From NCBI GenBank assembly GCA_965214405.1, contig OZ243956.1:2656001-2720000 (forward strand): 64,000 nt of DNA, read 5' to 3'. A program made the position numbers and the translations under genes. This DNA is from Trueperaceae bacterium (lineage in GTDB: Bacteria; Deinococcota; Deinococci; Deinococcales; Trueperaceae). Of the stretch, positions 41,552 to 52,703 are shown one piece after another; position 1 is the first letter of the stretch; each line of letters starts with the position of its first letter. Below the pieces are notes generated by a model. That model did no database searches, was not told the DNA's origin, and saw only the letters and a program-made list of their open reading frames with translations.

Positions 41552-42910
41552 GGGTGCAACCCCAAATAGGCGGATAGAAAAAGGGGCGTAGCAGCGGTAG
41601 AATGGCGGATGAAAACGAGCCAGACAGGTGATTGGAAAGAACGGGCGAAGGAAGCGTTTGGCAGGTACTTAGAAGCTTTGGAACGAGACCTACCCGAAGA
41701 TGCGGGTGTAGCCGAGGTTGAGACGGCGATGCTGGCGCATTATCAAGCGATGATGAGTGAGACTATGCAAGCTCTGGCAGATAGCCGGAGCTTTTCCCCC
41801 CGAGCACAAAAGAGAAGTACCTGAAGGCTATTGGGGTAACGGCAAACGTCGCTGCGCGGTTAAGCACTTGTGGGGCCGGGTCTATGTCGAGGTACAAAGG
41901 CTGGTTGATAGAGAGGGTCGAGCCAAACAAGCTATCCTCGATAGACGCTTAGACCATTCGGGCTGGACGCCCAAAGCCTTAGCTTGCCTGACCGACTTAG
42001 CAGCGCGCGTGCCCTTAGAAGAAGGCGCTTACATCGCGCGCAACTTCGGCCTGAGGATTAGCTCGTCAGAATTAGACCGCTTGCAACGCCCCTACGCTGA
42101 GGCGTGTCGAGCCGAGGTGGCAGACAGACTGTTGTCTTGTTCAGAGCCTGAAGCGGCACGCCGACAAGGACGCGTCATGGTGTTGCAAATGGACGGCGTC
42201 TACGTCTTAGGGCAACCTGAACAGGGGCTATGTCCTGGCCTGGAACTCAAAACAGCCGTACTTTATCCGCAAGCCGCTCCGAGTCAGCGCTGGATGTTGG
42301 CCGAACGCTGCTGTGCCGAAGACTTTGTCACGCTCGTGGCGGGTTTACTCAACGAAGCCGGAGTCACCCCCGCGGATACGCTGCTCGGTTTGGGTGATGG
42401 AGCCGTTTGGATTGACAACATCTTTTGTCATCTCGACGCCGTAAGAATCACCGACGTCTACCACGCCACTCAGTACCTCGACACCATCATGCAAGCACTG
42501 GCTTGGGATGAAGACCTAAGAACGCGCCACCGCTGTGACTGGTATCGGGGTCAGCTCAACGCCCGTGACTGGCTCGCTCACCACCTTCCTAAACCCGAGG
42601 TCTGGCTCACCTGGGATGACAAAGCGCAAACTGCTCTAAAGTATCTTGAAACCCGGCTTGACAGTATGGATTATGCTCGGTTCACAGAAAAAGGCTATCC
42701 CATCGGTTCAGGGCAAATCGAAGGGATGAACAAAGCCGTTATCGGAAACCGTATGAAAAGAAGCGGGATGCACTGGTCCAAACAAGGTGCTGCCAGTATG
42801 GCCTCTTTGCGTGCCCAGACCTGTGCCAAACATTCCCTCATTGACTTTGGGCAGCTCAGGCACCTCGCTTACCCTGCCCCGGCTTAATCCGACACTAGCG
42901 GGCTGCACCC
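41552..42910 (+). mobile_element. Mutator-like IS (ISKra4/ISLre2-type), 1359 bp
   Basis: Imperfect IR GGGTGCAACCC.../...GGGCTGCACCC; 9-bp direct repeat AGTGCATAG at 41543-41551 and 42911-42919. Confidence 0.9.
41609..42887 (+). CDS. Transposase in two overlapping frames (41609-41824 and 41757-42887)
   Basis: VLQMDG, LGDGAVWI, DVYHA, YPIGSGQIEG.NK...RMKRSGMHWS; TTTTCCCCCC (41792-41801) lies in the overlap. Confidence 0.85.
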
Positions 42911-42943
42911 AGTGCATAGTTGAGCCCCTTGCCACTCATCTCA

Positions 42944-42972
42944 TTGACCCGCCCCCGCAATCCTGTTAAACT
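42944..42972 (+). promoter_or_regulatory. Sigma70-type promoter of tRNA-Ser
   Basis: TTGACC-17 bp-TAAACT with extended TG, ending about 23 bp before the tRNA. Confidence 0.7.
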
Positions 42973-42995
42973 TTGAGACGCTTTTGAGGCCGGAT

Positions 42996-43087
42996 GGAGA
43001 GGTGTCCGAGCGGTTTAAGGAGCACGCCTGGAAAGCGTGTATAGGGGGTAACCTCTATCGAGGGTTCGAATCCCTCTCTCTCCGCCA
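42996..43087 (+). tRNA. tRNA-Ser (anticodon GGA)
   Basis: GGAGAGG acceptor stem pairing with TCTCTCC, CT-GGA-AA anticodon loop, long variable arm, GGTTCGAATCC T-arm, G discriminator and encoded CCA. Confidence 0.96.
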
Positions 43088-43398
43088 TATAGCAGGTATC
43101 ATCTGGTTAGAAACAAATTTGGCTTACGCGCTACCGTCCAGGACGCAGCCAAGGTGATGGTTCCTGCGCTGAACCCGCTAGGTATAAAAACTGTTGTACG
43201 ACAAAAGACGTTAAAAGACGTTGTCCAGCTCGAGCAGGACGCGTCTCGCAAGCCACCATGAGTAACGCAAGTAACGCAGTTCATGAGACGCTACCTCCGC
43301 ATATAGACTCACCTCTGAACGCTTCATACCTTCGCCACGTGAACCGCAAACGGCAGAAGAGTAAATTCTCACACCTGTTTTTACAGCCTAACCGTTCC

Positions 43399-44340
43399 CT
43401 AAAGCGCCTCTTCTCCCGCGGCGGGCGGCCATGACCCGCCGAGCTCGAGCCACGCCGCGACCATGTCGGCGGGCACCTGCGCGGTAAATGTAATGGCGTG
43501 GTTGTCGCGCGGGTGTGGCAGCGTGAGGCGGTGCGCGTGGAGCGCCTGTCGCGCGATGACCGAGGACTTTTTGCCGTATACGGCGTCACCCAGGATGCCC
43601 GCGCCCAGGTGCGCCAAGTGGACGCGGATTTGGTGGGTGCGGCCCGTGTGGGGCTTGGCCTTGACGAGCGTATAGTCGCCTGCGCTGGCGATGGTGCGGA
43701 AGTAGGTGTTGGCGCTTTTCGGGTTGTTGCCCCCCACTGTCATCTTGTTGCCGTGGACGGGGTGCCGCCCGATGGCCCCGTCTATGTGGACGTCCTCAGG
43801 GATGCTCCCCACAACAATCGCCACATACTCTTTTTCGGTGAGGCGCTTCTTAAACGCGCTCGCCAAACGCCTATGCGCCTCGTCGTGTTTGGCGATGACC
43901 ATCACCCCGGAGGTGTCTTTGTCCAAACGGTGAACGATGCCGGGGCGGTAGTCCTCGGCGTCGGGGTCGAACTTTTTGTCTTTGGACAGGGCGATGCGGC
44001 CCAGAAGCGCGTTCACAACCGTGTTTGAGCGCACGTTGGCGGTGGGGTGCGCGGTCAGGCCGGGGGGTTTGTTGATGGCGGCCAAGGCGTCGTCTTGGTA
44101 GATGATGTCTAGCGGGATGTCCTCGGCCTCGACCATCATGGGCTTGGGCGGGGGCAGGAGCACCGAGACGATCTCCTGGCCCGAGAGTTTGGCGGAGGGC
44201 TTGGCGACGGGTCTGCCGTCCACCTGGACGTAGCCGTCGGTCACGAGCGTTTTGGCGCGACTGCGGCTCATCTCGAGCGCCGCCGACACCGCCACGTCGA
44301 GCCGTTCGCCCTCGGGCGCGCTGAACGTGCGAAAATCCAC
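43399..44340 (-). CDS. rluD: RluA/RluD-family pseudouridine synthase with S4 domain
   Basis: ERLD..., INKPPGL, RPGIVHRLDKDTSG, TGRTHQIRVH, RQALHA. Confidence 0.9.
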   Translation of the reverse strand: MDFRTFSAPEGERLDVAVSAALEMSRSRAKTLVTDGYVQVDGRPVAKPSAKLSGQEIVSVLLPPPKPMMVEAEDIPLDIIYQDDALAAINKPPGLTAHPTANVRSNTVVNALLGRIALSKDKKFDPDAEDYRPGIVHRLDKDTSGVMVIAKHDEAHRRLASAFKKRLTEKEYVAIVVGSIPEDVHIDGAIGRHPVHGNKMTVGGNNPKSANTYFRTIASAGDYTLVKAKPHTGRTHQIRVHLAHLGAGILGDAVYGKKSSVIARQALHAHRLTLPHPRDNHAITFTAQVPADMVAAWLELGGSWPPAAGEEAL

Positions 44341-44470
44341 ACCCCAGTCTACCGCGCACTTCTTGTGGGGGAGGTTGTAGAGCGGGTCGGGAAGCAGGAG
44401 AGCGCGTGTTTTTGCACCGTATCCTCGCTCCCTACCCTCGACCCTCCTCTATCTGAGAATATGTGTCACG

Positions 44471-45370
44471 CTACTCGAGCACCTGCGACACAAGCGCGTC
44501 GACCGACACGTTCGCGGTGAGCGTGCTCGCGCTCCTGCCGGACACGTAGACGGTGTAGACCGTCCCCGCCTCGATAAGCGTGTCGGGCAGGTCGAGCACC
44601 GCCACGCCGTTCGCCGTTTGAACCTGAAAGTGGTAGGTGTCGGCGGCAAAAGGCGTGTAGGGGCTCGAGTTGCCAAAGGGCAAGTTTGCCACGAGCGCGG
44701 TGCCCTGAATGGCTTGCAGCGCCGCCGGGTCGTCGCCCGTTTCACTCGCTGCGCCTTGCGACCCTTCCGGCGCGGCGACGAGCGTGGCGGCGGGCGCGTC
44801 GGGAGACACATGCACCACGCGCAAGAGCGCCTCGCCCGCGGGCGGGAAATCACCCAGGGTGTCGGTAAAAGTGATGAGCTCGAGCGTTGAGCCGGATTCA
44901 ACCGCCTGGGCCACCACGCCGGGAACGGGTGCGCCGCCGGTTGCGTCTGAAGCGTTGTCCGCGGCGGCTTGGGTAGTGGCCTGAGTAGCGGCTTCCGTCA
45001 CGACTACTGTGTAGTAAGACCCAGGTTCGGTTGTGATGGTGACGGCGGCAAGCGGCGCAGCGTCCGCGCCGCCTGTAGTCTCTGCGCCTGTGGTTTCCGA
45101 AGCCACGGGCATAAGCACGACCTGATGCTCGCCCGCGCCCACAAGCGTATAGCCCGTGACGAGGCCCGATACGACCCCCTGAAACGTAAGGGTACCGTCA
45201 ACCAAAACCGTCACGTCTTGAGCGTCCGGCACGAGGTGGGCCAGGCGCAACGCCGCCTCCGGGCTCGAGGCCTGCGGGGCGCTCTGACCCTGTGCGGTCG
45301 CCATCTGAAAGAGTAAAAGGAAAAAAAGGCTAGAAGTAAGGCTAAGAGTGGTGAAGATGGACCTGTTCAT
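44471..45370 (-). CDS. Secreted DUF4397-type protein (compact form)
   Basis: Signal peptide; LRLAHLVPDA, LRVVHVSPDAP, YTVY; start at ATG 45370. Confidence 0.8.
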   Translation of the reverse strand: MNRSIFTTLSLTSSLFFLLLFQMATAQGQSAPQASSPEAALRLAHLVPDAQDVTVLVDGTLTFQGVVSGLVTGYTLVGAGEHQVVLMPVASETTGAETTGGADAAPLAAVTITTEPGSYYTVVVTEAATQATTQAAADNASDATGGAPVPGVVAQAVESGSTLELITFTDTLGDFPPAGEALLRVVHVSPDAPAATLVAAPEGSQGAASETGDDPAALQAIQGTALVANLPFGNSSPYTPFAADTYHFQVQTANGVAVLDLPDTLIEAGTVYTVYVSGRSASTLTANVSVDALVSQVLE

Positions 45371-45571
45371 CGTGTCCCCCTTTTGCAAAGTTTGTAGCGT
45401 TTCCCGTTCGCGCTGGACCCTTTCTTGGACCGCATCCCAAACGGTGAATCCTCTTCGGAGTTTTTCTAATCTGGCTAACACCCACTACACATTTTTAACA
45501 CAAACGCCCCTCGATACTTCGGGCATAGTCTTTTGTACATTCTGGAAAGAGCCGAAAAAGGGAAACCCAAT

Positions 45572-45603
45572 AAAAAGGACCCCGCCACTTGGCGGGGTCC
45601 TTT
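45572..45603 (-). terminator. Intrinsic terminator after the large DUF4397 gene
   Basis: Minus strand AAAGGACCCCGCCAAGTGGCGGGGTCCTTTTT: GC stem plus T-tract. Confidence 0.85.
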
Positions 45604-45619
45604 CGTACTCGCGTTGGGT

Positions 45620-48604
45620 TTAGCGGAGCTGCTGCGCGACGAGCGCGTCAACGGATACGTTCACCGCGAGGGTGCCTTGTGTGGCGCTGCCAAAGGCGTA
45701 GAAGGTGTAAACGACGCCCGACTCCAGCGTCGAGTTGGGGATGTCGAGCACGACGTTACCGCCGTCCGCTGTTTGCACCTGGAGCTGATAGGTGCCTGCC
45801 GGAACGGCGACGTAGTCGCTGGCGTTGCCCGTCTGGAGGCTCGAGACGAGCGCCGAACCCTGCGGTTGCGCCGGGGCCGGGGTCGTTGCCGCGCCACCTG
45901 TTACCGCGCCGCCCGTCTGGGTGCTGACGTCAGCGCCGCCTGTTACGGCACCAGTTGCAGTGTCCGTTACGCCGCCCGTTTGGGCACCTTGCAAGGCCTC
46001 GAGGCTCTGACGCGCGCTCTCGGCATCGTCATTGTCAAGCGCCGTCAAGGCTTCTTGGATTCTAGCTTCGGTGTTTTGCAGCGCACTCTGCGCGTCACCG
46101 GTTGCGCCCTCGAGCTGCGCCTGAACCGCCAACAGCGCCGCGCGCAAATCTTGCTGCGCCGCGCTTACGTCGCTATCAAGCGAGGCGAGCGCCCTGTCGA
46201 CGTAGCCGCTAAGCTCCTGATCGAGTTGGAGGCCGAGCATCGCGGTTTGTGGGAAGAGCGCACTTACGAGTGTGCTGCCTCGTGGAGAGCTGCCCTGCGG
46301 CGTGGCTTCTAAGATGATTTCCACAGGGACGACTTCGCCCGCGGCAACCTCGACGCGCGTCTCGCTGGGCTGGTAGCCCTCGAGCGTCGCGGCAACCACG
46401 TACTCGCCGGGAGCTAAGCCCTCGAGCGTTTGGCTGCTGGTGAGTTCTTGCGTGAAGCCGTCCGGCCCGGTGATGTTGACGACCGCGCCAGCGGGATCGA
46501 ACGTAACGTTCATGGCACCCGTTTCAGCGCCACCCGTCATAGCGCCACCCGTCACGGCACCCTCTTGCTGAGCTTCCGCGATGACGTTCACGGCGGGCGC
46601 GTCAGGAGAGGCGTGAACGACGCGCACGAGCGCCTGACCGGCGGGCGGGAGGTCCAGGCTGTCGTTAAAGACTAGAAGTTGAACGAGCGGGGGCTGCTCG
46701 GCGAAACCCGCGGCCTGCGCGCCGCCCGTTGCGCCACCCGTCGCGCCGCCCGTCACGCCACCGGGCGTCTCGGCTACCTGGGCTTGCGTGAGCGGTTGGA
46801 GCGTGAGGTCAGCGGCCAAAGTTTCGCCCGCTTGAGCCTCGACCTGCTGCTGGGCGCTCTGGTAACCCGTCAGCGTACCCGCGATGATGTAGTTGCCGGG
46901 GGTGAGCGCCTCTAATTGACGGCTGCCCACAAAGCTCTCGGCGTAACCGTTGGGACCCGTGACATTGATTTCTGCTTGTCCGGGTTGCGCGCTAATGTTG
47001 ATGCGGCCCTCGAGCGCCTCCTGCGTCTGCGTGGCGACGACCGTGTAGTATTGGCCGGGCTCGAGCGTGATCGTCGAAGTGGCGATGGCCACACCCTCTT
47101 GGACACCCGCTGTGGCGGCTGTTGTATCGGTTGCGGCCGCATCCACGTCTGTATCCACTGTGGTGTCGGTCACGTCACCCGTAACCGCGCTCTCTATACC
47201 GGCGACATCTATTTGTCCGTACTGCTGCTCCGCCTGATCAAGCGCGTCCAACGCAACCGCGGCGTCAGGCGTATCGAGCGCTTCTTGAGACACCTGAAGC
47301 GTTTCCTGTACCTGCTGCACCGACTCGTCGGTGGCGGCGCCGACTTGCAAGCCCTCGAGGGATTGCTGCGCCTCTTCTATCTGATCCTGAGCGCCCTCAA
47401 AGTCTTGCGCGTTGATGGATTCCCGGATGGCGGTGAAAAGGGTAGGAAGGTTCGCCACTGAAGCCTGCAAATCCGGTCCAACCACACCACCCGTGACCGC
47501 CTCCTGGCCGACTGTGTCGACCGGTGCCACGCCCACGGCTCCGCCCGTGGCGGCAACCGCGTTTTCGCTTTCGATGGCAGCCGTGTCGAGCTCTCCGTAG
47601 CCTTGCTCCGCCTGGTCGAGCGACGTCAAGGCCACTTCCGCGTCGGGCGTGTCGAGCGCTTCTTGCGAGGCCTGAAGATTGGTGATAACCGCCTCTATGG
47701 ACTCGTTTCGGGCCTCGTCGACACCCGTTTGCAGATTCTGGAGGTTTTGCTGCGCCTCTTCGATCTGGTCTTGGGCAAGTTGATAATCCTGCGCGTTGAT
47801 GGTCTCGCGGATGGTGCCGAACAGGCCGGGGAGCGCCGCGAGTGACGTCTGCACGTCTTGTCCGACCACGCCAGCCACGCCGCCTGTTACCGCTTGTCCG
47901 AGCCCGGTTGCCGCGCCTGTGACCGCTTGACCAACTGCATCTGCGCCGCCCGTGACTGCTTGGCCCACCGTGTTGCCTACAGTGCCTACCGCGCCCACTG
48001 CGTCCGCGCCTCCGGCAGGAGCTTCCACTTGCGCCAACGCCTGCCGCGCCTGATCAAGGGCCGTCAGTGCAATTTGCGGGTCGGGCTGGTCGAGCGCTTC
48101 TTGGGCGCTCTGGAGGTTTTCTTGCACTTGCTGCTGCGCCGCCGTCGAAGCGTCGCTAAAATTTCCGCCAAGGTCTTCTATCTCTTGTTGCGCCTCTTCA
48201 ATGAGGTCCTGCGCACCTTGGTAGTCTTGTGCGTTAATGGCCTGCTCGGTCTGGTCAATGAGCCCCGACACGGTTTGCGAGCTCAACGTACCCGTCTCCG
48301 CAGGTACTGCAGTTGTCGTGGTTGTCGTTGTGGGCTGCGCGCCGCCGGTCGGCTGCAAGCCCTGACCCGCCGCAACGACTTCAACATCGTATTGGCCCGC
48401 CGGGACGCTCACGTAACCCGACACCGTGCCCGCCGCGAGATCCGGTAGCGCGGGCTCGCCGTTGAGATAAATGTCAACGTTCGGCCCGTTCGGGACGAGG
48501 TGGACCACGCGCACCGCGGCCTCCTGGGTGCTATCTTGCGCCCACGCCACGGTAAAGGCGGCGAACAGGGCCACAAGCAGCGTGACGAAAAACTGTTTCT
48601 TCAT
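45620..48604 (-). CDS. Large acidic secreted protein: split DUF4397-type domains with inserted helical repeats and PEGA-like domains
   Basis: Signal peptide; VRVVHLVPNGP / VRVVHASPDAP; three INAQD(Y/F)..AQD.IEEAQQ repeats; two TGP.G.....L.PG.Y...TL.GY modules. Confidence 0.8.
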   Translation of the reverse strand: MKKQFFVTLLVALFAAFTVAWAQDSTQEAAVRVVHLVPNGPNVDIYLNGEPALPDLAAGTVSGYVSVPAGQYDVEVVAAGQGLQPTGGAQPTTTTTTTAVPAETGTLSSQTVSGLIDQTEQAINAQDYQGAQDLIEEAQQEIEDLGGNFSDASTAAQQQVQENLQSAQEALDQPDPQIALTALDQARQALAQVEAPAGGADAVGAVGTVGNTVGQAVTGGADAVGQAVTGAATGLGQAVTGGVAGVVGQDVQTSLAALPGLFGTIRETINAQDYQLAQDQIEEAQQNLQNLQTGVDEARNESIEAVITNLQASQEALDTPDAEVALTSLDQAEQGYGELDTAAIESENAVAATGGAVGVAPVDTVGQEAVTGGVVGPDLQASVANLPTLFTAIRESINAQDFEGAQDQIEEAQQSLEGLQVGAATDESVQQVQETLQVSQEALDTPDAAVALDALDQAEQQYGQIDVAGIESAVTGDVTDTTVDTDVDAAATDTTAATAGVQEGVAIATSTITLEPGQYYTVVATQTQEALEGRINISAQPGQAEINVTGPNGYAESFVGSRQLEALTPGNYIIAGTLTGYQSAQQQVEAQAGETLAADLTLQPLTQAQVAETPGGVTGGATGGATGGAQAAGFAEQPPLVQLLVFNDSLDLPPAGQALVRVVHASPDAPAVNVIAEAQQEGAVTGGAMTGGAETGAMNVTFDPAGAVVNITGPDGFTQELTSSQTLEGLAPGEYVVAATLEGYQPSETRVEVAAGEVVPVEIILEATPQGSSPRGSTLVSALFPQTAMLGLQLDQELSGYVDRALASLDSDVSAAQQDLRAALLAVQAQLEGATGDAQSALQNTEARIQEALTALDNDDAESARQSLEALQGAQTGGVTDTATGAVTGGADVSTQTGGAVTGGAATTPAPAQPQGSALVSSLQTGNASDYVAVPAGTYQLQVQTADGGNVVLDIPNSTLESGVVYTFYAFGSATQGTLAVNVSVDALVAQQLR

Positions 48605-48709
48605 ACGTTTAATTCCCCCTTCTTAGAGAATTCTGTCCAGCATCGCAACCATCGGGGTCACTTGAAACCGAGTGTATCAGGGATTGTGTCAATAGTCACC
48701 ACCTTAGTT

Positions 48710-48759
48710 GTTTCGGCACTGTTTCGTCTCCGGGTTTCGACTCTGGGTTTCGGCTCCGG
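48710..48759. repeat. Four tandem GTTTCG-containing units upstream of the large DUF4397 gene
   Basis: GTTTCGGCACT GTTTCGTCTCCGG GTTTCGACTCTGG GTTTCGGCTCCGG. Confidence 0.7.
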
Positions 48760-49304
48760 GCGAAGCGGGCCTCATATGTCGTAACATAGCACTTCTGCAA
48801 GAAACGTATGCGCCCGCACCTAAAAACTTTCGCCCTTCGGTGAGGCTTTAGCGCGCGGCACCCCCGCCACGCCCAATCCCTCAAAAGCCTCTTCTTTACA
48901 CGCTACACGCTCATCCACCCAACGCCTCTCTTGATGCCCTTGGCTTGGACCGTATAGCTGGGCTTCTATCCTTTGCCTGCCCTGGTTTGGCCCCTTACAG
49001 ACTAAAAAAGCCTTCTTAGCGAGTTTGCGTGGTGCCTTACAGTAGCGTTTTACAAAGCTACTTTACAGCAGAAAACACCCCGGCTTGAGGATTCAGTTGT
49101 AGTTTTCAAGCATGATCTGCTGTGTGGACGCCAGTTAGGGAATGAAGTCCAGCTAGTCCTTACGAGTTGAGGCCTACGCTTTTGCTCACCCGGTGTAAAA
49201 ACTGCCGGACTACCTTTGTCATGTAGCTTAGGGGACGCTTGTTTACGCCAAACGGAGCCTGGTAAAGCTGAAAACCGCTATGGGTCTCGCTCTACTTACC
49301 CCTC

Positions 49305-50837
<1,533 letters not shown>

Positions 50838-50892
50838 AAACCCATTATACGAAAACGCGCCCATGAGGTTCTGGCACTAAAGCCAACGAGAA

Positions 50893-50953
50893 TGTAAAGT
50901 AGGCTTGACAAAAAGTTTTGTTTACTTTACACTTACGTCAAGTAAACTTTACA
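50893..50953 (+). promoter_or_regulatory. Near-consensus promoter flanked by two palindromic operators
   Basis: TTGACA(50905)-17-TACACT(50928); operators TGTAAAGTAGGCTTGACA (50893-50910) and CGTCAAGTAAACTTTACA (50936-50953). Confidence 0.8.
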
Positions 50954-50963
50954 TTAGGAGGAA

Positions 50964-51365
50964 ATGATGATAAGCCAAAAGCGCAAAACGGTGAACCCCA
51001 ACTGGCGGCAGTTCTGGATTGGGATGACTCTCTACTCGGCGGCGGTGGTGTTGCAGGGGTTTTTGCTCGAGCCCAACGCCTTTCCCCTCGCGCTGATGAT
51101 TCCCCTCGCGCTCCTCCCCATGCTTCCCGCGCTCTGGGGCATGGCGGGTTGGATGAGGGCGAGCCGGGAGCAAGACGAGTTGCAGCGGCGTATTCAGGTC
51201 GAAGGAGCGCTCTTCTCGCTCGGTTTGACTGCCATCCTCACTTTTTCTTACGGATTTTTGGAGCTTTATATGGATCTGCCCAGGGTGAGCATGTTCGCCG
51301 TTTGGCCTCTCATCGCGGCGACCTACGTGGTAGGGGCGCAGGTTGCCCGCCGCCGCTATCAATAA
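50964..51365 (+). CDS. 4-TM membrane protein, paralog 1
   Basis: DELQRRIQVEG.LFSLG.T....SYG.LE pattern; AGGAGG RBS. Confidence 0.8.
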   Translation: MMISQKRKTVNPNWRQFWIGMTLYSAAVVLQGFLLEPNAFPLALMIPLALLPMLPALWGMAGWMRASREQDELQRRIQVEGALFSLGLTAILTFSYGFLELYMDLPRVSMFAVWPLIAATYVVGAQVARRRYQ

Positions 51366-51421
51366 CGCTATCCGTGACGCGTCGTCAATGAGCTTAAGAA
51401 TGAGCTTAAGGAGACTTTATT

Positions 51422-51829
51422 ATGGAGGCAATTATGAAACGGAACGGTTCAAACGCCTGGACGCGCCTCGCCGTCGTTGTCGGGGTTTACGCAGGGCTCG
51501 TCGTTCTTCTCGTCGTGTCGCAAACGGTTTTCAAGAACGGTGGCTTACCCCTCTACATCCTCGTTCCTGTTGCACTCGTATCGCTCATTCCGGCGGTTTG
51601 GGGCGTGGCGGGGTGGCTCGAGGCGGTTCGCCACTTTGACGAACGCCAGGGGCGCATCCAAACCGAGGCGGGGCTTTTTTCACTAGGCATGACCACGCTC
51701 GCCGCGCTCAGCTACGGACTCTTAGAGGCGACTGCGGGCTTTCCTAAACTCAGCATGTTCTGGGTCGTGCCCTTTGTCGCGCTCACCTTTTCTATCGGCG
51801 GGGCGAGGGCGAGATGGCGCTACCGGTGA
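51422..51829 (+). CDS. 4-TM membrane protein, paralog 2 (start may be 51434)
   Basis: DERQGRIQTEAGLFSLGMT...SYGLLE; clearly homologous to the previous ORF. Confidence 0.8.
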   Translation: MEAIMKRNGSNAWTRLAVVVGVYAGLVVLLVVSQTVFKNGGLPLYILVPVALVSLIPAVWGVAGWLEAVRHFDERQGRIQTEAGLFSLGMTTLAALSYGLLEATAGFPKLSMFWVVPFVALTFSIGGARARWRYR

Positions 51830-52023
51830 CCAACCACTTACGCGTCTTGCGCGCCGAAAAACGCTGGTCGCAAGCCGAGCTGGCCGAACATCTCGGGGTA
51901 AGCCGCCAGACGGTCAACGCCATCGAGACCGGCAAATACGACCCCAGCCTACCCTTGGCCTTCAGAATCGCCCGCATCTTTGGCAGCACCATCGAAGCTA
52001 TTTTTGAACCTGAAGACTGCTGA
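51826..52023 (+). CDS. XRE/Cro-C1 HTH transcriptional regulator
   Basis: LRAEKRWSQAELAEHLGVSRQTVNAIETGKYDPSLPLAF; GTGA overlap with the previous stop. Confidence 0.93.
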   Translation: MTNHLRVLRAEKRWSQAELAEHLGVSRQTVNAIETGKYDPSLPLAFRIARIFGSTIEAIFEPEDC

Positions 52024-52061
52024 GTAAGAACGCGTTGCGAGCTTCGCAACGCGTTCTTACT
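52023..52061. terminator. Perfect 18-bp hairpin between convergent genes
   Basis: AGTAAGAACGCGTTGCGA-GCT-TCGCAACGCGTTCTTACT. Confidence 0.75.
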
Positions 52062-52124
52062 GCCAGCTCCCGACTTGTCTTTGGAATAAGGTTGACAGAA
52101 AATGAGGTGCAGCCCAAGAACTGC

Positions 52125-52589
52125 TTACGGCAAAACGGGCAAACCGAGCGCCGCTAAGCTGCTATAATCCACTGCCCAACGACCGTCCGTAAAAAGAAGA
52201 TTGGCTTCACCCTCCCGCGTGTAGCTTTGACCGTCCACAACCACCGTCACGGTAAAACTTACCGAGGCGTTGTCACCATTGATGCTCGAGCCCACGTTGC
52301 TCAAACCAAAGCTTTGGAGCGTTCCCTGCGGCGCAGTACCCGCCGGAACGTTAGTTAAAAAGTAGGCACTCCAAGTGAGGTTTCCGCACTTGAGCCCCTC
52401 AAAAACCTGCTGCACCGCGTTCTCAACCAGGTAAGTGCTCGCTTGCGCGTCGGTCACCTGCGGCTCGCCCGCGATGCGCCCCACCGCGTCCGCGGCCCAG
52501 TGGCAGGGCGGCACGTCCACAAAGGGCGTCGGGCTTTGGGCGAAGGCGAGGCCGGTAACGGCTAACAAACAGGTTGTAAAAAGTTTCAT
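52125..52589 (-). CDS. Secreted protein with SLH-like N-terminus
   Basis: Signal peptide, then PFVDVPPCHWAADAV (F.DVP..HWA S-layer homology start). Confidence 0.7.
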   Translation of the reverse strand: MKLFTTCLLAVTGLAFAQSPTPFVDVPPCHWAADAVGRIAGEPQVTDAQASTYLVENAVQQVFEGLKCGNLTWSAYFLTNVPAGTAPQGTLQSFGLSNVGSSINGDNASVSFTVTVVVDGQSYTREGEANLLFTDGRWAVDYSSLAALGLPVLP

Positions 52590-52703
52590 GGCCCTAAGTA
52601 TAACCCCTCGCAGATTTCTCGAGTATGTAAACATTTCACGTTTAGTTTGATAGCCAACAGTTTAATGGACAAGGGGACTTTCTTCCTGCCTCTCCAATCT
52701 CTC

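Noticed and set aside
43088..43398. Integrative element or att site downstream of tRNA-Ser
   Set aside because: AT-richer spacer with a short AGTAACGCA duplication, but no integrase and no repeat of the tRNA 3' end seen in the window
48780..49300. ncRNA or cobalamin riboswitch in the long intergenic region
   Set aside because: It lies downstream of the mutase; no B12 box or other recognisable RNA motif. A covariance search (Infernal/Rfam) would be needed
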